A stretch of DNA of 64,000 bases, taken from the NCBI RefSeq assembly GCF_963921235.1, contig NC_086118.1:24554001-24618000 (forward strand), given 5' to 3'. Shown piece after piece: positions 10,501 to 21,142 of the stretch. The stretch comes from Mobula hypostoma. Lineage: Eukaryota. The notes beneath the pieces were generated by a model. It was given only the letters and a program-made list of their open reading frames with translations, did not search any database and was not told where the DNA came from. Each line of letters starts with the position of its first letter. Positions within the stretch are counted from its first letter, which is position 1. Both the position numbers and the translations under genes were made by a program.

Positions 10501-12339
10501 GACTGGATCCCTTATGCTACCAGAGCTCCAGACTGCTTGGGCACCTCCGTGGCTTGTTCCTGATCTAGAGACCCTTTCTCTCTAGTTTCAGTGCCCCTTC
10601 CAACAGGGTCAAGATGCACCCGTAGTCCTGTTGGCTGGAGCTGGCTTGCTTGCACCTAGAGGTTGGACTGGGTCTCCTGAAGGCTCCGGGTTATCCAGAA
10701 CAAAAGTATTCCTTCTCGTCAGCCTCTGGTTTCGGGAGAGTCTGCAGGGTCGGAGCACCAAGTTGAAGTCATACCTCCTTGCAACAACTGAAGCATGCAA
10801 TGATCCCCCCTTCCTTCCAGTTCATGGAAGGGTTATACTGGGCCAACCCAGGGCGCCCGAAGATCAAAGGTATGTGAAGGGAATCGATAATATAGTCCTC
10901 TCCATGTTCCTCTATCCCAGTGGTCCCCAACCTCTGGGCCGCGGACCGATACATTGCCGTGAAGAATGCAGTGGTGCAGCGGTAGTCGGAAAGCACCCAG
11001 CACATCTTTAAGAAAAAAGCCGAAATAAACAAGTTAATTAATTAGATGCCGCCCAGATCAGAGGTGGATCTGGGCCGACATTTACATGCCCGGCGGCACC
11101 TAATTAATTAGCTTGCTTATCTTGGCTTTTTTCTTAAAGATACGCTGGGTGCGTCCCGGCTACCGCTGCACCACTGCATTGTGTGCGGCAATGTATCGGT
11201 CCGCGGCCCGGAGGTTGGGGACCACTGCTCTATCCTCATCTGCAAAACTGCTGTCTGTTGCGGGAACTGCCCAGAACCAAGAGGACGACTGTCCAGGGCT
11301 TTAGCGGGCATGGCTGGCTCAACCTCCTGCAGAGTGGTGCCCACATCCAAGAAATTTCCAGCTGTCCCAAAGTCCACAAAGGCATTCACCTCTCGTCGGT
11401 TCTCACCCCAGGAGAACTCTGCATGACACAAGAATCAGTAGGGTTGGGAGTAGCAGGTGCGACTGAAACAGTTCTCCTGACACTGTATGGCCTCAGCAGT
11501 GATGGCTGCAGTGTCAGGCACTTGGCCTGCAGGCGACCTGCTTTCCCGCAGTAATAACGCCGCGACCTCTCATTGGCGGAGAGCCTTGTGCAGTCAATGT
11601 GCGTGAGCTCAACAGGAGCCTGAGCAGGAGACAGGATGGTCATTGTCCAAGGTTGGGAAGTGGAACTGTGATGCGCTGAGGCCGGGCTCGGGCTAGCCCT
11701 CTTTGACCTCTTGAGGTTGTCCAACTCTCACTCCGCCAGGCAATTATCAGGGCCAATGGATTATTCGATCAGAGCCGCTAAGTCCTCTGCCAATTCACCC
11801 AAGTCAAGGACATCCTTTAGTTCGTCTCAGAGTCCATGACGGTATTCTCGGGCAAAGTCCAAAATTCAATAGTGACTGGGCACCCTGAGGCGCCTTCATC
11901 AGACGGTCCGATGCTTTGTTTGCTCTGAGGGGATGATGGAACACCCTCCTCACGAATTCCTTGGAATTCCTCCAAATCTGAGTAAATTTCTGCCCACTGC
12001 TCCCCATGCACATTGGCTGAGACCAGGGCTCTCCCGGTCAGGAGAGAGATCATGAAGGCCCCCTCTCCACGCTCCATAGGGGACCGGGACGGCCAGAGTT
12101 CCAAAAGCAATGAACAGGGAGTGAGGAAACCCGGAATACCGCTGAACCTCTCCGAGGTTGGAAGCTGGAGTGACTCTGCAGTGCGACCAACAGCCTCACC
12201 CGAGTGACTCTGGCTTTCTCCTTCCGATATTTGGCGCACGGCGACCTGGAGGCCGTGTATCTCCAGGCTCTTGTCAGGAAATGTTCTCACTGTGGCTCTC
12301 CACAGCTGACAAGAGGCTCTGACGCCCCGCTGGGTCCAT
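7545..12339 (-). pseudogene. gag-pol pseudogene with many stops and frameshifts
   Basis: Starts ATG GAC CCA GCG (MDPA) at 12339; zinc-knuckle remnant YYCGKAGRLQAKC; pol motifs spread over ORFs 11117-11431, 9961-10203, 9645-9917, 8970-9461, 8614-8973, 7669-7929; chromodomain remnant FTVERIL..FLMDWEGF..EQFWVP. Confidence 0.85.
10918..11227. mobile_element. hAT-type MITE, nearly fully palindromic, inserted in the Gypsy protease region
   Basis: TIRs CAGTGGTCCCCAACC / GGTTGGGGACCACTG; perfect 8-bp TSD ctctatcc at 10910-10917 and 11228-11235. Confidence 0.92.
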
Positions 12340-12355
12340 GTTGGCTCAGTCGTAC

Positions 12356-12649
12356 TGTGACGAGAGGCCTAGCCGAGGATGGTAAGGACGCAAGTGCTGG
12401 AGTATCCGAGACACGATACGAGAATGAAACAAGGACCGAGTTCTAAACTAAATGCTGGACGAGAATCCAAAGTTGAGCTGACGATTGAGTACTGGTCCTC
12501 AGTTCAGGTGCACTTTAAATACTAAAATATAGGCCTCAAATCGTGGGGTGGGCCTAAATCTTTTAAGGGGCCGTGCCAGCTCTTCATGTTCCAAAAAGTT
12601 AGAGCATCCAAACCCCAGAGGCTAGCATGGTTGGGTGTGTGTTGTAACA
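12356..12649 (-). repeat. 5' LTR of the Gypsy element
   Basis: tgtgacg...gtaaca; shares blocks (caagtgctgga, gttctaaacta, aatccaaagttgagctga, gggcctaaatcttt) with 7194-7498; TATTTAAA on the minus strand at 12514-12521. Confidence 0.85.
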
Positions 12650-13961
12650 AGAACTACACTGCAGTAATAAATGTTTGAACATGAATCCTTATGCATCACA
12701 ATAAACAGAACCTACAGTATACTCAAGACTGCAAGAAAGTTATTGAATGAATCAAGGTGATTTCTCTATCAAAATGCTATAGTTATGGGGAATAGTTACT
12801 TTTTACGTTACTTTCAGCATTATGGCCTCAAGATTTGTTTGAAAGCAGTACTACCCAGTCATCTCCACAATCAGGGAACGCTGGTGTCAGTACTTACGTC
12901 AAAAGCTCTGAAAAATCCATGGTAGATATTGACTACTTAATGGAGATGCTATTTGTAACTCAGCAGTGAGAATTTGTTTTTTAAAGATATTTAGTAATGC
13001 AACTATTGGCTCAAAGATGATATTGACCATAGAGACATATGATCTCTATGCCTTGTGAGCGGATCTTGCGTTATGGGTAATGCAAAGTAAATTGTAATTT
13101 GTCGGAAATGCAGCAAAATTGAATCTCGCATTGAGAAAAAAACAGAGTTTAGAAATCCAGTACCTTCAATAACCCTTTTCAAAATATTTCTAAGTCATGA
13201 TAGAATTATTTTATACCATACCAGAAAATGTGAAATAACCTTATCAAATAAACAAATATATCTATACCAGGATTATATTATGAAACATTTGGGATATATT
13301 TTTGAAAAAGTTAAGGGTAATTAGCTTTGTTGCTGGTGTTTGTTCAAACTCTTTGTATTAACCTTGCAACTGTCTCACTTTGATGTAAAGAAATATATTC
13401 AATGCATGAAATTGTCTCTATAAACCAATAGATTCCTGGGGACTTTTGGCATGACTCACTGAGTTCATGAGTTTAAAGCAAGGCAGGAATTTCCCTCCTG
13501 TGTACACTGTACGCACGGTAACCTTTACCCTAACATGTGCAGATTGTTGGAAAACGATCCCAATTACAAAATAAATAAATGTCTGCTCGTCATCGTGCAT
13601 TTCAGTTGTGACCACATGAATGTAGACTGCAAGAATTTTACTCATTTCCATTCTTTTACAGTCCCAGTTGTATGTCAAAGCCCACTCAAACTTAGTTTTA
13701 ACTACCTTTAATTCACTTATTAAGGATACTGCTATCAGAGCTAACAATTATTTTTCACTTTGCTTGACCTTAATATGATGGCAATAATGTGCTTTATAAA
13801 GCATGGTATTCTTTTTGGTGCTGCATTAAGTAGCAGCCAATTTTCTGATTTTCTATACCTTAAGATTCTTCCATCATTCATGGTTTTGTGTAAGGAATTC
13901 CTGAAAGAAAGGACAGTGATATACTTGGACGCCAAGAGAGTGTGCACCCTGGTGATGAACT

Positions 13962-14140
13962 CATGCAAAATGCTGGAACATCTCAGCAAGTCAGGAGGCA
14001 TCTATGGAAAGGAATGGACAGTCGATGTTTCAGGCCGAGACCCTTCAACAAGACTCATAGATGCAGTCTGGCCTGCTGAGTTCCTCCAACATTTTGTGTG
14101 TGGCACTCTGGATTTCCTGCATCTGTAGAATCTCTTGTGT
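13962..14140. mobile_element. Head-to-head pair of PLE terminal-repeat fragments with 12-bp TSD
   Basis: tggtgatgaact at 13950-13961 and 14141-14152; arms are inverted copies; decayed hammerhead on the minus strand at about 14019-14055. Confidence 0.85.
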
Positions 14141-14535
14141 TGGTGATGAACTTGGGGGTTTGGGAAGTATGTCAACAGAATAGGATTGAAATCATACTTC
14201 AAGTTCCTTACCCAAATTCTATATCATTATATTTCATGTTAAAATTATTTTTCTCATTTTTTATTTCAACTGACATTCAAGAGTCAGCAAATTTTCATTA
14301 ATTTTTATACCTCAAGACTTTTCCTTTAAAATACAACATAAACTGCCTTGTACATTTTATGAAAACATGATTTTTTTTCTATTTCACCTTTGTTCAATAT
14401 AGCTTCTTACATTAACTCTTCTGGGATTCAAAATTTACTGCAATAGTCCAGGTGGGACGTATTGCATTTAAACTCTCTGAAGCACTGCACAATCTTGGTC
14501 CAGTAAAATAATGTGAGCATGTATGCTCATATGTG

Positions 14536-14563
<28 letters not shown>
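14536..14563. repeat. (TG)n microsatellite
   Basis: Direct reading. Confidence 0.95.
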
Positions 14564-14571
<8 letters not shown>

Positions 14572-15259
14572 CTGTGTATTTATACAATTATTTTGAAAAC
14601 ACATTGAGTACGTGGTTGATCTATGACAAAGGTAACAGAATTTTTAGTACTTTCTCTTTTATTATTTGTATTTTCTTGATCAGCAGAAAATTCTAGTTAT
14701 TTAATTGTTATATTTTGATATGCGATGTCAAAATAGTTCTTAGATATTAATTTCAATAATTGTGTTCTTTTTTTGTAAATGTGGATATCAACAGATAAAC
14801 AATATTTTACAGAAGTATTATACCCAGAATCAGTTTTAATGGGTGTTGCAATTCCCAGATTTCTGACGATTTATATACCGAACTAAATTGGAAAATGTGC
14901 TATTTTAACAACTGTGTTTAATGAAAATAGGAAAATATCTGACAGAGGTAAAAAAGCTGGCCCAACTCTTCCCCAAGGTAATATTTACATCCGAACAGAT
15001 CTCATTTCTCTGGTTCTGGGATGATATGTATTTAAAGTGCTAATTAAACTAGGGGTATTTTTTTCAAGGGGTGAGCAAATGATATGCAATTTGGCAGCTT
15101 ATTTCTGTAATTGGTGTTGAAGTCACAGCCATTATTATGAAAATTGTTTGGTATTTTTTCAGACTGTAGAATGTCAACTAAGATGTTATAAGAGCTGCTG
15201 ATCGAGAAGGGGGTTATTAAACTGGAAAGCTTGCAGTCTAAGGAAGCATGATTACAAAG

Positions 15260-15749
15260 AAAGCCTCTACTTCTTTAGAAGTTTTTGAAGTTTCGGCATG
15301 ACATCTAAAACTTCGACGAACTTCTATAGATGTGTAGTGGAGAGAATTGTATATTGATTGGCTGCATCACAGCCTGGTATGGAAACACCAGCGTTCTTGA
15401 ATGGAAAAAACTAGTTCATCCCATTGTAAAGCCTCTCAACCATTGAGCACATCTACATTAAGCGCTGTTGCAAGAAAGCAGCATCCATCATAAGGAATTC
15501 TCACCACTCAGGTCAGGCTTTCTTCTTGCTGCTACCATCACAAAGAAGGTACAAGAGCCTCAGGACTTACACCACCAAGTTCAGGAACAGTTACTACCAC
15601 TCAACCATCAGCCTCTTGAACAAGAGGGGATCACTCATTTGTCCCATCATTGAAATGTTCCCACACCAATGGATTCACTTTCAATGACTCTTCATCTCAC
15701 GTTCTCAGTATTTATAGATTTTTTATTATTATTGTTTCTTCTTTTTGTA
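15260..15749 (+). mobile_element. Rex/Babar-type LINE 3' fragment
   Basis: LYFFRSF..FGM..NFYRCVVE..GCITAWYG remnants followed by a tail shared with 42830-43165. Confidence 0.65.
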
Positions 15750-16288
15750 TGTAACTCTCGCTTCAGCTAGCGGCTTAATAGCCCTTGGCCCAGCCAAACT
15801 TAAGAAATCTCATTTGGGTGGATGCTGCGCGATGTGTCCCCTGTTACAAGTCAGTACCCCAAAATAACAAACAGCACACAATATGCGATTAAACGATTGA
15901 GCTTTATAATTCTTACTTTGACTATATGGTTAGTAAAGAAAACAAAAAAAAAAGGAAAAAGGGCCCATTCTCATGAAACAGTCTATTGCGCGATGTTGGA
16001 TCTCACTGACAAGCCGGTCGTCCACCAGCGACCTCCTCCAATCGTCGCTGACCTTCAGACCCTCACTCCAGGTCCACTCCGTCTGGCGGTCTACCAACTC
16101 TCGCCATTTGCGCGTCTTCTGTCCTCATCTCTCCCTGGCAAAAAACAGCGAAAATCTCTCTTCCAGACTCACAAGAAAGAACAACAGTTCTCTTGTTGGA
16201 TAGCCCCCGGCATTCCAAACCCCATTATCTCTAGTCATAACCCAAACATTGCTGCTACAGAGAAACCATTACATTAGCAGTGAAACCT
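15750..16288. mobile_element. Possible truncated solo-LTR-like repeat
   Basis: Starts abruptly with TGTAAC, CpG-rich, non-coding, cut off by the CR1 at about 16290; second terminus not seen. Confidence 0.35.
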
Positions 16289-16983
16289 GTTTGTTGTCGT
16301 TTGCATCTGTTTGAATGACCTAGTTGGGCAGAGCCACAATGTCCTGAGTTTCTGAGAAAAATGGGGAAGGTGCAGGATAGGTGCATTCCAAAAACAAAGA
16401 AATACTCAAATAGAAAAATAGTACAACCATGGTTGACAAGGGAAGTCAAAGCTAATGTAAAAGCAAAGGAGAGCGCATAGAACAAAGCAAAAACTTGGAA
16501 GGAAGATAGAGGATTGAGAAGCTTTTTAAAAATCTACAGAAAGTAGCTAGAAGAATCATTAGGAAGGAAAGATGAAATTTGAAAGCAAGCTAGCAAACAA
16601 TATCAAGGTGGATAAAAAAAGTTTTTTTCAAATATGTAAACAATAAAAGAGAGATGGGATTGGATATAGCACGACTAGAAAATGAGGCTGGAGAAATAAT
16701 AATGGAAAATGAGGAGACGGCAGATGAACTAAATGAGTACTTCGCATCAGCTTTCAGTGTGGAAGACACTAGCAGTGTTCCAGCTGCTGAAGGTGTGAGG
16801 GAAGAGAAGTGAGTGCAATTACTGTTACAAGGGAGAAGGTGCTCAAAAAGCTGAAAGGTACACAAGGAATTACAAGAAAGTTACCAGCATAGTTAGAGCA
16901 ATGGCTGATTAGTAGGAGGCAGCGAGTGGGAATAAAAGGATCCTTTTCTGGTTGGCTGCCGGTGACTAGTGGTGTTCCACAGG

Positions 16984-17857
16984 GAACACACACAAGATGC
17001 TGGTGGAACGCAGCAGGCCTGGCAGCATCTATTGGAAGAGGTACAGTCAACGTTTCAGGCCAAGACCCTTTGTCAGGACTAACTGAAGGAAGAGCTAGTA
17101 AGAGATTTGGAAGTGGGAGGGGGAGGGGGAGATCCGAAATGACAGGAGGAGGGGGAGGGATGGAGCCAAGAGCTGGACAGGTGATAGGCAAAAGGGAAAC
17201 AAGGTTGGGGAAGAGAGAGGATCATGGGACGGGAAGCCAAGAGAGAAAGAAAGGAGGGGAGCCCAGAGGAAGATGGAGAGTAGGCAAGGAGTTATAGTGA
17301 GAGGGTCAGAGGGAGAAAAAAGAGAGAGAAGAAAAGGGAAAATATAAAAACATTGACTTCTCTAACTTCTGTTAATACCCCTTCTCCCCTTCTTACCTCA
17401 TCCCTTATTTATTTATTTATTTATTTGTTTGTTTGTTTATTTATTTATTTATTTATCTCCTCCCCCCCCCCCCTTTTTCTCCCTCTGTCCCTCTCACAAT
17501 AACTCCTTGCCTGCTCTCTATCTTCTTCTGGTGCTCCCCTCGCCCTTTCTTTCTCCCTAGGCCTCCCGTCCCATGATCCTCTTCTTTCTCCAGCCTTGTA
17601 TCCCTTTTGTCAATCAACTTTCCAGCTCTTGGCTCCATCCCTCCCCCTCCTGTCTTCTCCTATCATTTCGGATCTCCCCCTCCCCCTCCCACTTTCAAAT
17701 CTCTTGCTATCACTTCTTTCAGTTAGTCCTGACGAAGGGTCTCGGCCCAAAACATTGACTGTACCTCTTCCTATAGATGCTGCCTGGCCTGCTGCGTTCC
17801 ACTAGCATTTTGTGTGTGTTGCTTGAATTTCCAGCATCTGCAGATTTCCTCGTGTTT
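16984..17857. mobile_element. Large head-to-head PLE terminal-repeat palindrome with 12-bp TSD
   Basis: gtgttccacagg at 16972-16983 and 17858-17869; minus arm about 16984-17345, plus arm about 17350-17857; mutated hammerheads at about 17044-17081(-) and 17724-17761(+). Confidence 0.9.
17405..17456. repeat. (TTTA/TTTG)n microsatellite within the PLE 3' UTR
   Basis: Direct reading. Confidence 0.9.
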
Positions 17858-18888
17858 GTGTTCCACAGGAGTTGGTTTTGGGACAGCTTCTTTTTATGCT
17901 GTATATTAATGAACTAGATGATGAAACACATGGCTTTGTTGCCAAGTTTGCAGATGATATGAAGGTTGGTGGAGGGGCAGGTAGTGTTGATGAAACAGGA
18001 AGGCTGCAGAAGAACTTAGTCAGATTGGGAGAATGGGCAAGGAAGTGGAAAATGAAATACAATGTTGGAAAATGCATGGTCATGCACTTTGGTAGAAGAA
18101 ATAAAAGTGCAGACTATTTTCTAATGGGGGAAAACATCTAAAAATCTGAGATGCAAAGGGACTTGGGAGTCCTTGTGCCGAACACCCTGAAGGTTAACTT
18201 GCAGGTTGAGTCAGTGGTGAGGAAGGAAAATGCAATGTTAGCATTAATTTCAAAGGGTCTACAATATAAGAGCAGGGGTGTGATGTTGAGGTTTTATAAG
18301 TCATTGGTGAGGCCTCATCTTGAGTATTGTGAATAGTTTTGTGCTCCTTATCTAAGAAAAGATGTGTTGGCATTGGAGAGGTTTCAGAGGAGATTCACCT
18401 GGGTGATTCCGGGAATGAAAGTGTTATCATATGAGAAAGGTTTGATGGCTCTGGACCTGTACTTGTTGGAACTTAGAAGAATGAGGGGCGATCTCATTGA
18501 AACCTTTTGAATGTTGAAAGGCATAAACAGAGATGATGTGAAAAGGCTGTTTCTTATGGTGGGAGACTCTAGGACAAGAGGACACAGCTTTAGGATAGAG
18601 GGGCGTCCACTTAAAACAGATGTGGAGAAATTTCTTCTGCCAGAGGGTGGTGAATTTGTGGATTTTGTTCCAGCATGCAGCTCTGGGAGGCCGGGTTGTT
18701 GGGTGTACTTAAGGCAGAAATTGATAGGTTCTTGATTGGCCATGGCATCAAAGGTTATTGGGAGAAGGCCGGAGAGTGGGGATGAGGAGGGGGATAAAAA
18801 GGATCAGCCATGATTGAATGGCGGAGCAGACTCGATGGGCCAAATGGCCTAATTCTGCTCCTATGTTTTACGGTCTTATGGTCTCATG

Positions 18889-19830
18889 GTGTTGCCATAT
18901 CAGGCTGTGATGCAATCAGTCAATATACTCTCCACCAGACATCTATAGAAGTTTGTCAAAGTAGTAGATGTCATGCTGAATCTTCACAAACTTCTAAAGA
19001 AGAGGAGGTGCTGCCATGCATTCTTCATGGGACAGGTCCTCTGAAACTGAGGCATTTAAAGTTGTTGACCCTCTCCACCTTTGATCCCCTGATGAGGACT
19101 GGCTCATGGACCTCGAGTTTCCTCCTCCTGAAGTCAATAATCAGCTCCTTGGTCTTGCTGACATTGAGTGAAAGGTTGTTGCTATGGCACCACTCATCCA
19201 GATTTTCAATGTCCCTCCTATATCCTGATTTGTCACCATGTTTGCTTCAGTGATATCACCAGCAAACTTAAATGTGGCATTGGAGCTGTGTTAAGCACAC
19301 AGTCCTGTGGTGCACCTGCGCTGATGGACATTGTGCAGGAGATGTTGCTGCCAGTCTGGACTGATTGGGGCCCACAAGTGAGGAAATTGAGGATCCAATT
19401 GCACAAGGAGGTATGGAAGTCAAGGTCTTCAAGTTTATAATTACTTCTGAGGGAATGATAGTATTGAATGACGAGTTGTACTTGCTGATCAGATGCTCCA
19501 GGGTTGAGAGATGAGCCAATGAAATAACATCTGCTGTGAACCTATTGTGCCAGTCAGCAAATGATCCAATATGCTTCTCAGACAGGAGTTGATGTGTTCC
19601 ATCACCAACCTCTCAAAACACTTCATCACTGTGGATGTAAGTACCACTGGGTGATAATCATTGAGCCAGGTTACCATGTTCTTCTTAGGCACCGGTATGA
19701 TTGAGGCCTGCTTGAGCAAGAGGGTACCACAGACTCCCAAAGTGAGAGATTAAAGATATCAATGAACACCCCAGTCATTTGATCAACGCAGATCTTTAGT
19801 ACTCGGCCAGGTACCCCATTTGGGCTGGAT
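18889..19830 (-). mobile_element. Rex1/Babar-type LINE fragment
   Basis: [43 protein letters not shown]. Confidence 0.8.
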
Positions 19831-20030
19831 TTATTGTTGATTTGGTTTCCTGAAGAGATATTGAATATAGATACATGACCAAATTATATCAGGGAGATAA
19901 AGTTCAGCATTAGTTGACACTCATTGGAGTCTCAGATTGAACGTATTCCTCTATAATAAAGCCAAATTTACAACAGCAGCCAAAACTTAACATCAAAATG
20001 AGCACTAGAGTCTGCAAATGCCCCAGTCTA

Positions 20031-20290
20031 CTTTATTTTATTTAGCAATACAACGTGGAGTAGGCTCAGCAACCCGACAAACCGGTTATCCCCATTTGCA
20101 ATGACCAATTAACCTATTGATACATCTTTGGACTGCGGGAGGAAAATGGAGCACCTTGAAAAAACCCACACACTCCACAGGGAGGACGTACAGAGACTTC
20201 TTACAGAACAGTGCTGGAATTGAACTTTGAACTCTGGAACACTGGGAGCTGCAATAGCGCCACGCTAACTGCTATGTTATCATGGTGCCC
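20031..20290 (-). mobile_element. HE1/V-SINE-like tRNA-derived SINE
   Basis: Minus strand: tRNA-like head, then V-domain-like GGTGCTCCATTTTCCTCCCGCAGTCCAAAGATGT..AGGTTAATTGGTCATTG; related copies at 39345 and 45541. Confidence 0.7.
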
Positions 20291-21142
20291 AGTAGCTTAT
20301 ACATCTGTGATTTAGTCAGTGTAATTCAGAAGTAATGTTTCAGAGAAACTTTTCAAAATATTGCCGTCTATGTGGATATTATTTGATATTAATACGCCAC
20401 GAACCTTAGTAGAAAGCTTAGGTTATTAAAGAAGCTGAGTGGAAATAGAACTGTGCAAGAATATTTGTTTTCTCTTCAGACTATTGTCATTTAAGCTACA
20501 TCTTACATTGTCAGCGACAGCCTTCACCAAACTATTATCCTCAATTAAACAAGCACGGAAATCCTGCAGAAAATAATGTTCTATGTAAGTGTTTTTTTTT
20601 AAAGTAGTGGTACTTCTTTTGGCAATAAATGCATTACTGCAATGTGTTTCCTGGAAGTTCTGTGAAGTTCTCAGATTATTAAATAAATAGTCGGTCATCC
20701 CATCTGAGATAATTATGGCTGCTTAATTTCCAAAATCCGGTTCCATTTTGATGTAAACACATTGCTTGATGCTCCACACCTTATTCCTGTCTAATAGACA
20801 AACATTACAACGGATAACCCTCAGAACTTGTTTTTTTCACTAAATTCTGTTCACCGTCAACACCCACTTCACTGAAAGATCAGGGATCAGGAAGTCATAT
20901 TTCAAAAGTAATAGGGATCTGACAATTTCACTGTGGAAGCTCTTGTTTGATGACCTACTGATCATGGATTTGTTTTGCTATTTAATATTCAGATCCACCA
21001 GATCAGATAAGGGTCACAATTCATTATTCACCAATATTGTTGTAAGAACAATTTTCCATAGGACTAGTTACAACTGCCGGGTCAGAACTTGGTAGAGATG
21101 TTCGGTGAATGAAATGTCAGTATATCACAGCTGGCAGCTGAT

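Larger units (their letters stand above)
7194..12649 (-). mobile_element. Decayed Gypsy/Ty3 LTR retrotransposon of chromovirus (Tf1/sushi) type
   Basis: Two TG...CA LTRs; order gag, protease (AFVDFGTAGNFLD), RT ([25 protein letters not shown]), RNase H ([22 protein letters not shown]), integrase, GPF motif (PKFSGPF), chromodomain; PPT next to the 3' LTR. Confidence 0.93.
16290..18888 (+). mobile_element. CR1 LINE ORF2 and 3' end, internally deleted, split by a PLE palindrome
   Basis: LNEYFASAFSVED, SGWLPVTSGVPQG | VLGQLLFMLYINELD..KFADDMK, LVRPHLEYC; tail tcttatggtctcatgg. Confidence 0.88.

Noticed and set aside
7545..12339. Domesticated sushi-derived gene (PEG10/RTL-like)
   Set aside because: Numerous stops and frameshifts, a MITE insertion and retained LTRs indicate neutral decay.
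13418..13747. 109-aa ORF in unique sequence
   Set aside because: Non-ATG start, no recognisable motif, length compatible with chance.
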